A DNA stretch of 59,152 nucleotides, filler included, from Asterionella formosa (Eukaryota): NCBI GenBank assembly GCA_002256025.1. It is 8 parts of 8 records of this genome, joined end to end, with 100 filler letters (N's around TTAATTAATTAA, not from the genome) between each part and the next. Parts side by side here need not be neighbours in the genome. Positions count along the whole stretch, not along the records: positions 1 to 7,333 come from NKIB01012476.1; positions 7,434 to 14,756 come from NKIB01012478.1; 6 more parts are not named here. The stretch is one strand, 5' to 3'. The position numbers were made by a program, and so were the translations under genes. The stretch's first letter is position 1; every line of letters starts with the position of its first letter. Shown here piece by piece: positions 1 to 11,989 of this stretch. Below the pieces are notes generated by a model. The model made no database searches and was not told the DNA's origin. It worked only from the letters and a program-made list of their open reading frames with translations.

Positions 1-44
1 GTAGGAAGAATTTGATATCTGTATCGTCATTTGCTTGTTGGAAT

Positions 45-360
45 TGTCCGTTGCCTCAAACCTGCTTGGCGTGTGCGTACACACACTGTCGACTTGTTTT
101 CATTGGTATGTTGTTCTTGTATTCACTGTTGAACTTGTCCGCATCTTTGTTCACATCAATAGAGCGACAAGGGGCCTGGCTCTCTTCATTGTTGTTTGCT
201 CCTGGAAAAGTCGGTGTCCGTGTCATCCTCATCAATAGAGAGACAAGTTTTTTTGTTGGAAAAATTGGTACCCGTTGTACCATCATTCGCTCGTTCGAAC
301 CACTGTCCGTTGCCTCAAACCTGATTAGCGTGTGAGTACCGGTATGTGCACTGTCGACTT
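45..360. repeat. Diverged direct repeat (~50 bp, copies at ~45-95 and ~305-360)
   Basis: TGTCCGTTGCCTCAAACCTG...GCGTGTG.GTA...CACTGTCGACTT occurs twice. The second copy has an extra CCGGTA. Confidence 0.85.
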
Positions 361-713
361 TAGTACATTACAGGCGGAATGACTTCGCTACTAAATTGCG
401 TGATATAATAATATACCCTGTAGCACGATGCAGAATACAGTTGCTTCCCAATCACCTCATCATGATTGATAAAATGATACTGTGATATCATGACAAGGTT
501 TACATCGATGCATACATCAACAAAGTATGATACGTAATATTGAATAAAGTACATCACATAGCTATGATACATTGATCATAAAACTATGATTATTTTATAA
601 AATGTTTATGATATAATTTTGATCAAAATATGATTATGTTAAAATAATACAATGACAATAAAATACGATAAAATATGTACGCATATGTTACCAAGACATC
701 ATAGAATATAACA

Positions 714-1282
714 CAAGCAATCATAAAGTATGTTAATTAATATATCTGTTTGTCGTTTAATATATACAGTTAAAGTCAACACTTAATATGATAGTATTAT
801 ACAGTGGATAGGATCTAAGTATATGGATGCGTTGATATGTACATCACTATATTATGATTTGTGACATGATGGATTGATGCATATCACATACTGGTATCCT
901 CAACAACCAGCCATCACGTTCATTGTCGTGTCGTCTTTCCTTGTTTTAGCTATATACCGGTGTATGCCAGCATGTGTATTGTGTAAACACTACGCTGGCA
1001 GATATAAATCAAGCAATCATAAAGTATGTTAATTTATAAATATGTTTGTCGATTAATGTATACAGTTAAAGTCAACACTTAATATGATAGTATTATACAG
1101 TGGATAGGATCTAAGTATACGGATGCGTTGATATGTACATCACTATATTATGATTTATGATATGGATTGATCCATATCACATACTGGTATCCTCAACAAC
1201 CAGCCATCACATTCATTGTCGTGTCGTCTTTCTTTGTTTTAGCTATATACCGGTGCTTGCCAGCATGTGTATTGTGTTAACA
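714..1282. repeat. Direct duplication of ~275 bp (714-988 and 1010-1282)
   Basis: Both copies run from CAAGCAATCATAAAGTATGTTAATT to GCCAGCATGTGTATTGTGT with scattered substitutions; period ~296 bp. Confidence 0.95.
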
Positions 1283-1613
1283 ATTACTACACTCAGTTAC
1301 CATCACACCAGTTCCACCTCCACAGGCGCCGCAATAAGCTCCGCGAAAAGCTCCGCGTTTCCCTTACACTGTTCTACATCATTGTCTTCTGGCCCTTTGA
1401 CAACTTTCCAAATGTCATTTCACGGATTTCATGGAAAGGGTCAGTCAAACAAGAAACTAGACTTACTTCCATTGTTTACACTACACGACTTTATGTTTTC
1501 GGAAAAGAAGATGAAGAAAGTTATGAAATCAATCGAAGATTCCTTTGAAATCACTCAAAGATCAAATGAATTAGAACAGATTCATAATACTCCAGAAAAA
1601 ATAATAATGAAGT

Positions 1614-3528
1614 ATGTATGCCAATACAATAGTGGCTGAGATTGAAAAGAAGGAAAGATTGCTTTCGAAGAGGAAACCCAAACAGTTGGTCTTCGTGGAT
1701 GAAGACTCTATTTGTACAGAGTCACAGTTCCACCATCCAGTGTCGTATTTTACTCCTCATTCTCCCAAAATCGCTGATAATGAAGAAGAACTCAGTGATT
1801 CTCATTCATTTGATGATCAAATTCATGCGATGAATGAAAATATCGGCGGAAATGTGGCAGACAACACTTCAGAAGTAGAAATGGTTGAAAAGTTGCAAAA
1901 CCAAGAAACATATCTCACTATCCGTCCAGAACATCAAGATAAACATCATAAAAGCAGGGAAACTATTGCATTTCTAAAAGAAAAGATATTCAAGAAAAAG
2001 TCTAAGCTAGATCAAGACCTCGAATTCAAGAAGATCAATGCAGACAGAGATGTGATGCTGGCTAAGGCAGTTGATGCTCTGAATAGGGAACGAAGTCAGA
2101 AACACAAAATTGAATCTTTTTCCAAATCATACATGGAAGAAAAAGAATTTCTTTGTAAAATCATTGAAAACAATCCCGAAGGCAGCTATTTTTGTGAAGA
2201 GTCGGCATGTGAAATGTGTAGAGTTATTATGCCAAAGCAAACAGGCGGCATTTTCCTTGAGTTTGCCAAAATCGCATGGACAACTAAAATTGTGGAAAGA
2301 TTTGTACACCCGTACCCCGCAAGATATATGAAATTATGCCTCTGTATTTTATGGTGTCAAAGGTATCAAAAAATCATCTTCAGATTTTAAAGATCTTGCA
2401 TATTGGGACCTTGAAACAATTACCTCTATGATCCATTATATAATTCATGAACTTCATCGAAGTGATGTAAAGGTAATACTATATTTGATCTGGATGAGAA
2501 CCCAGGAAAGGGTAATAACAATCCATATATATACCAAGGTGATTGTCATCCACTTCATCACGAAAGTAACTATGTGCTAATTTTGTATTGCAAAAGATCA
2601 GATGAGGAGGAAAACAATCATTTTGTGAATTATCTTTTTGCTATTAATGATGGATTATGTCAAGTCCGTGATCCAGGAAAAGATGCAAGTTTGGATGAAC
2701 ATTATGATCAAACCTTGCCCGTAAGTACTGCATCATTTTCACCTTGCCCGTAAGTACTGCATCATCCCCGGATGCAGAAAAGAATTGGAATTGTTATGCA
2801 CCGGCCGATACAGGATATCTTCCACAAGAATTCCATATACCTGAAAAAATTGGGTTCTCTGGCACCAAAGCACCATTGCAGATCAGTATGGCCACTGAAC
2901 ATGATTCCATATTATTTCAACCAGGCAGAAGATGACAGTGGAGGGTCATGTTGACCTTTTACAATTGTGAAAGTGTTGGAAACTTTATTGCAATTAGAAA
3001 GGAATGGCAAAACCAAATTTCTTGGCAAACGGGCACATTTCCGTTTCGAGACTGAGTCCTGGAAAGTTTTAAAACGTCAGGTGGTAGCAACAGATCGAAC
3101 AGACAATTTCATATCCATTACATCTGAACCACCAACCAAGTCAACACGCATGCTTTCATCTTGGAACAGTTTGGCCTCAAGTGACAACGACAAATTCTCA
3201 TGAGGATATGTTTCAGTTGGAAATAACTGTTCTACAATTTTGTATCGACAAAATCTTGACATCCTATTTAGATTTAAAAATGTTGAACGAAATATTTGGA
3301 CGAGTTCCTTGCAACTATTCTTTCAAGAAGGATGAAGTTGTCAACGTAAAATCCATGATACAACAAAGTAATGACAAACTTGCTGTATCTGATGATAGCC
3401 CTTCTGGAATCAACTTGAAGAAGTTTGCAGACTCATATCGAACTGCAGTTGAAAAGTGGAGAAGCAAAATTTCGGACGAAACGAGAAGGACCATCTTAGG
3501 TTCTTTGGGAGTGAAAAAGAACAAATAA
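1614..3528 (+). pseudogene. Fragmented ORF with a putative Ulp1/C48-like cysteine peptidase core, probably the accessory ORF of the adjacent transposon
   Basis: Broken frames give YVLILYCK...ENNHFVNYLFAINDGLCQVRDPG (~2570-2680) and Q..EDDSGGSC*PFTIV (~2918-2970), the His-Asp-Gln-Cys order of C48 peptidases. It has several frameshifts, a stop codon and a 29-bp-period duplication at 2712-2765. Confidence 0.5.
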
Positions 3529-3735
3529 TGGACCATTGGGATCATCCGATCTCATCATTTCTTAAGAAATTGTAGTTTGTGAAAACCTCATAATAACCAA
3601 TTTAGTATGTGAAACTATATTGTTACCATTATAATTTATATTATTCTTATATATATTTATCAACGTTCGCTTGTTAGTTTTTGGTCCCACCCGATTGATT
3701 TCCATAAATTACGTGGAGGCATGGCAACATAAAAA

Positions 3736-6700
3736 TTATCTTTCCGTATCTGTTCCAAAACTTGCTTCTTGCGGTTTCAGAGATTTCCTTGATTCCTGTG
3801 GTTTCAAAGCAGGAACAACAAATGCTGCCGAAAGTATGTTATGAAATTCAAAAACGCTCAATTCAGTTGTATCATTGCATAAGGTGTCTCCTCTTGCAAA
3901 AAACATACGTTTATGAATTTTCATTTCATTTCAGTTGAACTTTTCAAGGAACGAATACACGCTAAGAGAATGGTTGTTGTTGAGTTGGAGAAAATAACAT
4001 TTCCCCAAAGAAGTGGGTAGTTTTGCCAGAACTGTGTTGAAACTTGATCCATCTTCCTTCTCCCAGTTCACTTCGACCCAGTCAAACCATTCACGACCAA
4101 AGATTCCTGCCTTTGAATCAATATTCCATTTCGGATGGCATCTGGCATCTGAGAATAGTAGTTTGGCTGGGAACGTTACTTTCAATTTTAACATGATAAT
4201 AAAAGTCAATCCTTACAATGGAAACAGGCCCAACCCCATCTTCAAGACTTTTAATTCTTGCTATTTCTATTGCTGAATTCGCAATGCTCTTTACGTAGTT
4301 GACCCTTTGGTAAATCAGGATGAACCAATTGAGACAAGGGTGCATCCTTACTCCGTGATACAGCATGCCCAATCTTATTAGGGACACCTGCTATAATTAA
4401 CAGGAAGGGCTGGCTGGTGAATGGATCTTGGTAGTAGGCAACTTGCCCAAATTATCAGGCGACGTACTAGCTAGGCAACATCATTGTATCCGGAATCATT
4501 CCTTCGAAATCAATTTCTGTTGAAATACCCTCAGTTACATTGATGCTATTTTCTCTACTCATCTTCTTTTGTTTGTTTTCTGTATGTAATGAATCACTTA
4601 CAAAAACAATTTTTCGTGCCAAGGCAAACTGCCTTGTTTCATATGACCTTGTTAAAATGTCATGCTTTAATCGATGTAATTGTCCATTGACACGCTTACT
4701 GGGTCGTTTCAATTTGTCTTTCAAAAAAGACTCCAAATATCCACCAAAGAAATTAAGAGGAGATCCGAACTTCCTAATCAGATGAGGGTAATGTTTCATT
4801 CCATGAAAATTTGCCATTCGTAAGCCAATTTGAGATATCATTTCCTGTTGGGGACCAATCATAATCTTAGTAACTGACATAAATCTCTTAACCCTTTCCT
4901 CCAAAATATCAATACATGTTGATGTATATTGTGGTATGAATAAAGTGTCATTGATAGATATACATAACCATAACATCAATGTGAAATCCTTTTCTAGTTG
5001 TATGTTCTCTGAACCCATCATTCCACCCATTGAATAAACAGATAACAGACATAATCCGGGAATAGCTTGCCCTGAAATTTTCGACAAAGCTGTCATCCCA
5101 GATCTGTATGACAATTTTGGAATCTCACGATCGCTTTGCCTTTCTAAATGACTATTGATATATCTAGCACTTTGTTCGAAGTATAGTCTCGAAAATACAT
5201 TTCTGGTGCTGGTACAAGTGTTGGGTCTTGATTTTTGCCAGTGTAGATATTCTTGATAACTGGTGCGTGTGTCCTTTTTGGTCTTTGCCCGTTTCTTCGG
5301 TTGCTCTTGATCAAGAAAAGCAGAGTCTGTTGTTTCAGTGATAGCTACGTTTATGATCGGAGATGATTTCTGGAATATCTGGTTATTTTCTTACTTTAAA
5401 AAAACATGTCCATTCTTCAGGGATAGTCCAATAATTGTACAAAGATTCCAAAATGTACTTAAATATTCCAAGTAGTAATTGATGAAGAACCTCAAATGGA
5501 GTTGCACCAAATAATCCTTCTAAGTCACCACCAAAAAATGATTTATTACTGCAGGCATAATAGGGTTATGCGATATAACACACAGGGCACCACTCGTTTG
5601 CTGTTGCGTATTTGCCATTAGATTGGGAGACACCATACTCAGGTGGGATACATGGCAATTTTCCATCGGGATATGCATTTTTGTCAAGAAACTTGTTTAA
5701 AAACATTTTAACATCTGACACCTTACGACATTGTTCACATCCAATATCAGGATTATTGGCATCCTCAGTTGAAACCAGGCAATTACGACAAACATATCGT
5801 CGATATAATCCATTACCACCCCTGAAGCCACAAATTTTATTGTGTTCTTCTGTATCACCAATGATAATTCCAATCTGGAAATAAACTTTTGTCATACCCA
5901 GACCATGAACCCAAATATCGTATGACTTGTTTGGATCGCTCTTCGAAAGGCGACAATAGAAATCCTGTAACAGAATGATATAATTTGAGTCTACATAAGG
6001 ACAAGCCGTCACCAGATAACACCTTATTATTCATTTGTTTTTCCAGATCACTGACTTCAATGTCTGGCAAAAGAGATACTAATTGCCATACATCAACCTT
6101 TTTTCTTCCTTCTAACGTTAAGTTTAACATTGTCAGCAAAAACGGATGCTCGGAAGTTTCATTTGTTTATCAATAGGTGAACCATCACTGAAAACTGCTA
6201 GGGCAACAATAAACACCCTGTCTTGCCTTCAACACTCCATTTTCTGATGCAGGAGAATTGTTGAATGCATTTTCAAACCAAGTCGCAGAAGTTACTTCGT
6301 CATTTATGCATGCATTCTCCACAAGTTGTAAGTTTCACTTGTGGGTGACATACAAAATGTTGCATGATATCGGAATCACGTAGCAATCCTGCCATGAGCT
6401 GTACTGGTTCGAAATAATGGAGTGTGCGTGGGATGATCATATTTGAATTGTTATCAATCTTTATTTGTTTGGTCAACAGTTGACAACCAGCTAATGTTAG
6501 TGGAAAGAAAATATCCATGCGTTTTTTCAAAGTCTGGTAGGATGGAGCTTGATACCTTCCATCAAAATATTTCATTGCCTTTGCCTTGAACAGCCATTTC
6601 ATTAGATGATCAAAGTAAACTACTTGGAAGTTAAAATTGAGGAGGAAGAGGCATTTCCATTGCATTTTCAGGGAGAAAGCCGGTGCGATCTTGAAAATCT

Positions 6701-7112
6701 GAATATTGCATCGTTTCTGAATTCAACCCTTGGACAGTTTTTAGTCTCAATTGTTCGTCCTGTTGTGACTGAATATTGTTATAAACTGAATCGTCGCTGT
6801 CGTCATGAAGTGGATGATTGTGATCACTTGATTAATCTCTTCTTGTCTAATCTCCCTAAATGCTGCAGCAGTTACACTGTCATCATTAACTTCTTTCCTT
6901 GAATGATTAGATGCACTACCGCAATACATAGTTTCACTATGTATTCCAGGAACTCGATGTTCCTGCATGCAATGTCGACAGTGACCATATGCATAAAAAA
7001 CACGGTTGCTACAATTTCGATTGTGAGACTCAGATGGGGATTTGTTCTTCCGAAATTTGTAGTTACACAGATAACACCATTGCAATGTGCGCAAAGACAT
7101 TGCAAATTGCAA
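3736..7112 (-). mobile_element. Degenerate Plavaka-type (CACTA/CMC-related) transposase pseudogene
   Basis: Motifs occur in the expected order across frameshifts: N-terminal CxxC...H...C finger, DEVTSATWF, VFIVALAVFSDG (D1), HPFLLTMLNL..RKK..W....LP, IIIGDTEEHNKICG (D2)...CRNC, GATPFEVLHQLLLGIFKY, RQSDREIP, FHGMKHYPHLIRKFGSPLNFFGGYLES (E), WFDWVEVNW. Confidence 0.82.
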
Positions 7113-7333
7113 ATGATGACCAAGTCAGGATATGAAAAGGATAGAATGAAAATGAATTAATATATAATAATAAATTGAGCGCCACTTCGAACATGCTGTG
7201 CTGGAAAATACAGAGTCGTGAAATTATCACTCCACTATAGTAGTAAAAATGGAGGTATACCGCTACATGTAGTACAGGCGGCACTAATAGTAATAGTAGT
7301 ATAGAGCAGAATCAATGTTTTCCTATCATCTAT

Positions 7334-7433
7334 NNNNNNNNNNNNNNNNNNNNNNNNNNNNNNNNNNNNNNNNNNNNTTAATTAATTAANNNNNNNNNNN
7401 NNNNNNNNNNNNNNNNNNNNNNNNNNNNNNNNN
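7334..7433. other. Artificial contig spacer
   Basis: N44-TTAATTAATTAA-N44, which has stops in all six frames. Confidence 0.99.
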
Positions 7434-7710
7434 TAGCAACAGTCATGAACATATGATGTTCTATTGCTCGCTTACTACTCCGACTATTCTTTTTCAATTT
7501 TATGATCATACAATCCTAAAACTATGATGATTTACTGTCCCGCTGCAGTAGCAGCAGTCATGAACATATGGTGCTCTGTTGCTTGTTCACTACTTCGACT
7601 ATCCTTTTTCAATTTTATGATCATACAATCCTAAAACTATGATGATTTACTGTCCCACTGCAGTAGCAACAGTCATGAACATATGGTGTTCTGTTGCTCG
7701 CTTACTACCT
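7434..7710. repeat. Tandem repeat, 115-bp unit, ~2.4 copies (truncated by contig start)
   Basis: TAGCA(A/G)CAGTCATGAACATATG starts at 7434, 7549 and 7664. Confidence 0.95.
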
Positions 7711-7899
7711 GGTACTCTGACTACCTGGTACCCCCAGTATATCACTTCCTACTTGCTACTGGTACTCTGTATATATATGATAAAATGTTATTGTTGTATG
7801 ATGTACCAGTACACATGAAGAAATCCCGCCCAAGAAGAAAGGGGCTTAAACAATTTGCTACCGAAATCCTCGCGTATAAATAATGATACAAATGGGTTA

Positions 7900-9412
7900 T
7901 GGCTTAGTACAGCAATTGAATGGTCTAAATAATTAGTTCCAACGGACGTAGAAAATATTGATGCAAAAAAATTTCAAAAAAACAGTACCAGTACACGAAG
8001 TCATGGAAAACAATGGGCATAAAGTGCATTGAATATTTTCGAATGATGTATATGCAAGTATGATCATCTCAACAATACCAGACGTTCCATATTGAGAGTG
8101 CCTTTGATTTTTATAAATGTACGACACTTGATATATTTATATATTTACAAATTTTATAACTATATACATGGCAAATATATTTGAAATCGTTCTGTCATGT
8201 TAACAAACAATGCCTGCTTCATGAAAAGAAATATCGGAGTAAAGCACATGACAAGAAAGGAAAGTTTACGCAATAACGAAAAACATTGCGGCTTTGTCAC
8301 ATTGCGCCTTCCAAGGATGGAGTATGTTTAAGGTAATAAAGCCATCAATGTGGTATGTAGATGACAATTGTTTGGAGGACAGCAACACAAAGTAAACTAA
8401 ACACACATTTCCTTTTTTCTCAGTTGAATCAACAGATCGTTTCGCTTGTTGGGGAGCACCAATGTAAAACAAAACAAAATTGGTAAGTGCTCTTGTCATT
8501 GGACTTATTCACTTCTGATGGAACATAACTGACGGACATGCCACGTTTACCTTCTCTCAAAGTTAAGCTAACAACAATGAATCAGTAAGTTTTATTTGGC
8601 AACATTGGAAACCTGAAACTTACTTATTCAAGAATTTACTGACGATTTACTATTACAGACTTATACATCATTTGCTTTGATTTGGCTGTGGTAAGTGAAG
8701 CAAGCAAGAGGATACAATGGAATGGCGTGATGTTGTGTCTGTGTAACATGTCCAGCTAACAAGTCGTTCCTTCTCATTTTTACTGTAACTGCATAGGACA
8801 ATATAGCCGGCGAGTTCAGAATGACATTAACAGCAGGGAGAGAGACGCAAAAGTAATAAGGCATTGCTTTTTTGGCACAAGATTCAGAAAAGAGAAAGAA
8901 AAGGGCGAGACAGGAACAATATACATTGAGCCGAGTAGAGAGAGAAACATTGGGTTGCTGGCATGTAGAATAATAGATAGTATTGCTAAATTTGATTGTT
9001 AAATTACAATCCATTTCAATCTATTTTGAAAAATGCTTGTGATTAGAATTATGATCATGTTTACAATAGATTTACGATGAAACAATTTAAATGATAGCAT
9101 AGAGTTGATCTGATTTTAGGATGCATTATAGTAATAATTTACATCGGGCAATCACAAGAATTGAAAATTATATGAGAAGGTTTATGATATTGATGAGTAA
9201 TGTTGTTGATCAGTTGATATACATTGTGTGATGATAATGTTCTTATTATCATTATACTTCAAGGTCGGTAAATATTAATAAATCATCATAGTTATAGGAT
9301 ACCTTGATCATAATTTTGATCCAAAAATTATCATATATACGAAAATCCTGTGCCACTTAGCGTACAATAGTACCCTTGATCCTATATGCTTGATACTTTT
9401 TATTTGCAGACA
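7900..9412 (+). mobile_element. Partial diverged copy (right arm) of the TIR element seen at 29928-34168
   Basis: Shares colinear blocks with 32590-34168: GGAAAACAATG...TGCATTG, the GGTAAGTGCT donor, ATACTTCAAG.TCGGTAAA, AAAATCCTGTGCCACTTAGC, CCCTTGATCCTATAT and the terminal TTTTTATTT.CAGAC. Confidence 0.8.
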
Positions 9413-10472
9413 AAATGTGACCATGGATCCATGGTTTGTTGCAAGGTGCATGCTTAAGTTGGTAAAAAATCGAATGCTCTTGACCATGTTTGATTGCAAA
9501 AGACTGGTGCAACACTTGATTGATTGTAGTTGCGCATCTCAGATGCTTGATAAAATTGTAGTTCGATAGGAGCTCCCACACATCTAGCTTGATTGACATT
9601 TGCTTGTTGCGACGAAGCTTGTGATGATGGTGGGTTGTTGGAAGTAAAAGAGGTAAGCAACCATACTCATGTCCAATGTAGTAGCCTGTGCCTGTGCATA
9701 GCTATGTAGACCTTTGTTGATTGCCCATTCCTCATTCTTGGGTTTCTTCTTCTCACATCATCATGGTGATTTGTGTCCCGCTGTTCCACAGCAGTAAAGG
9801 CTTCCTGTGGTCAAAGAATGATTGATCACCACTGTTGATGCCCTCTGAATTGTTGTTGAGTGCAGGCAAACCACCACGAAGTAGATTGGAACTGTTCAAT
9901 TCAATTCTGGTCTGAATGGTGGGACCCCATTGTTTCAACCATGCAGTTGCAACTTTCTTTTCCTTCTATGTGTTGATCCACTTGAAAATCATCAAATCGC
10001 GAAGGATTGGAACTAGCTGTATCCAGGGACTTCTTTTATATGCCTCGAAGTCTTCACCCATTCTCTTCTTGTTTTTTTCATATTTCTTGAACTTTCCTCT
10101 ATGCTTCTTTACCCATGCATTCCAGGCATGATAAGAGCACATACCAAATGTAAATTCGGCATTTGACCAAATCTTCTTGACAGCCTTGCGACAAGCTAAA
10201 GTATAATCAGTCATTGTCTGTATGACAAAGTCTGGTGAGTCCGGTTCCCAGCACCAAGGAGTGTCGCCAAGGGGAAGAGGCAAATTGTCAGTGCGTGCTG
10301 GAGTGTCGCCTGCAGGTGACAATGGCAGGATCGAAAAGTTAATGGGATCTACCCCTTTTTTCCCAGAAGAGGAAGCACTATCATCTGACAAACTATCTCC
10401 TGAACTCTGCAAGATACTATCATCCTCCTCAGAGGAGGATGAATTATGAGATGAGTTGGAAGAACTAGACAT
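9413..10472 (-). mobile_element. Mutator-like (MULE) transposase relic, incomplete
   Basis: MTDYTLACRKAVKKIWSNAEFTFGMCSYHAWNAW carries D2 plus the CxxH signature. After an in-frame stop comes GGLPALNNNSEGINS (catalytic E). No first-Asp region was found, and the 3' side abuts the TIR at 9412. Confidence 0.75.
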
Positions 10473-11989
10473 TTCGTATTTGTTGAGCGACTTTTGACAA
10501 AAAGTAATTCATGGGAAAACACGACAATTCCAAATATAATGCCGATATGATGTATGATGTGGACTTTTATTGCTAAGTAGCTAGTAATGACAGACCTACA
10601 GGATTATATGTGAATTCCAACTGCTGGTACAACACATGTATATAGTGATGCATATTATATACCAGTATGATTGGCAAACATACTACTGGTTCTGTACTAA
10701 CATTACTTGCATGTGTGTTTGTACAGCTGCCTGTGGTATGGGGTTGATGAGACATCAACTCCATCTTGACCATGACGAAATTATGGGTTTGAATATCTTC
10801 ACGAATATTGACAATGAACAATTCCTATTTCGCATATGTATGTAGACTGACATAGACAAGATTATCGTTGAATTATAAATTTTTTTGCACTAGTATTGAC
10901 TACAAAAGGTTAAAATCGGCGCTGGAAGTTGTTTCTGGTTGTCATTTGCTCAGTTTTGAAGATGTGACCAAAGTAGCGACAGTTTTGAGTTCGCGGTGAT
11001 TAGCTTGATAACTTTGACTAGATACAGTTTTCTATGCTTTGTAGAAATAGATGAGAAAACCTGAGCGACAGTATTCTCAGAGACGGTATAACATTTCAAG
11101 ATCATGCAACAAATTCCTCTACGTCAATTTTGTAGTGACTTTCATGTACACATTAATTGTCGTTATTCATATTTCTATGGAATCTTGGTAAGGTCATTTG
11201 ACACCTTACTATAGACATACTTTCAGCCATTCAACAATAGACTGCTTGTTCTTTACGGGAACAAAAAGTTCGCATCGCGGAAATGGTCACGAACTCCCCT
11301 GACTGATGTTTTATGCATTTCCAACACTTTTTTGCAAAAAATGTATTCTTTCTTCCATGTCGATGTGATCATTGGTTCTAATAACTTGAGCGCCGCTCGT
11401 CCTTTGTCGTTGCTTTAGTGAAACCCTGCATTTCATGATAAATTTATTAATCAAGTACTCTGTAGTAGTTTTAAAGTCAGATGCCTGCTTTGCTGATCCA
11501 AGGTAATATAGTTGTAATCATTAACAGACGTCTTGTTGGTATGAGAAGCATTATCGGTCCCTCCTTTGACATGAGCCTTCTTGATAAAACCTTCCTTTTC
11601 CACTCATTTTGCGCCTTTTGAGAATTCTTCAGACTCTGAATGGTCTGGTACACTCACGTCTTGTCTTTGGACTCTCCACGATCCACATGATGTTGTTTCT
11701 TTCTTAGCTTTGGTACTTCCTGACCAGATAATTCTTTAAATCTGTTGAGATTGAGTCCCAAAGCCTTCTATTGCTTTTTATCCTGTAAGGATAAACCAGG
11801 GACCAAGTAAGCTGTAGATATATTCAACGATGTGACAAAGATCGATTGAAATGTTTTCTAAAAGATTTAAAAGAAAGAAAAGAATTATGAGTTTTAACAA
11901 GAGGCCGCCAGCCAGCCATATCTGTACCAGCCCACACCATTGTATTTGCTCCTGTGACACGACACGAAATCCCCCCCCCCCTCATGCTG

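Noticed and set aside
2721..2777. Apparent 57-nt GTAAGT...CAG intron
   Set aside because: It coincides with a 29-bp-period tandem duplication in a decayed ORF; the duplication explains it equally well, so no intron is called.
7378..7389. TTAATTAATTAA palindrome repeated every ~7.4 kb
   Set aside because: Synthetic six-frame-stop linker inside N spacers.
10500..11780. Possible decayed minus-strand ORF
   Set aside because: Many stops and no recognisable motif; cannot be assigned.
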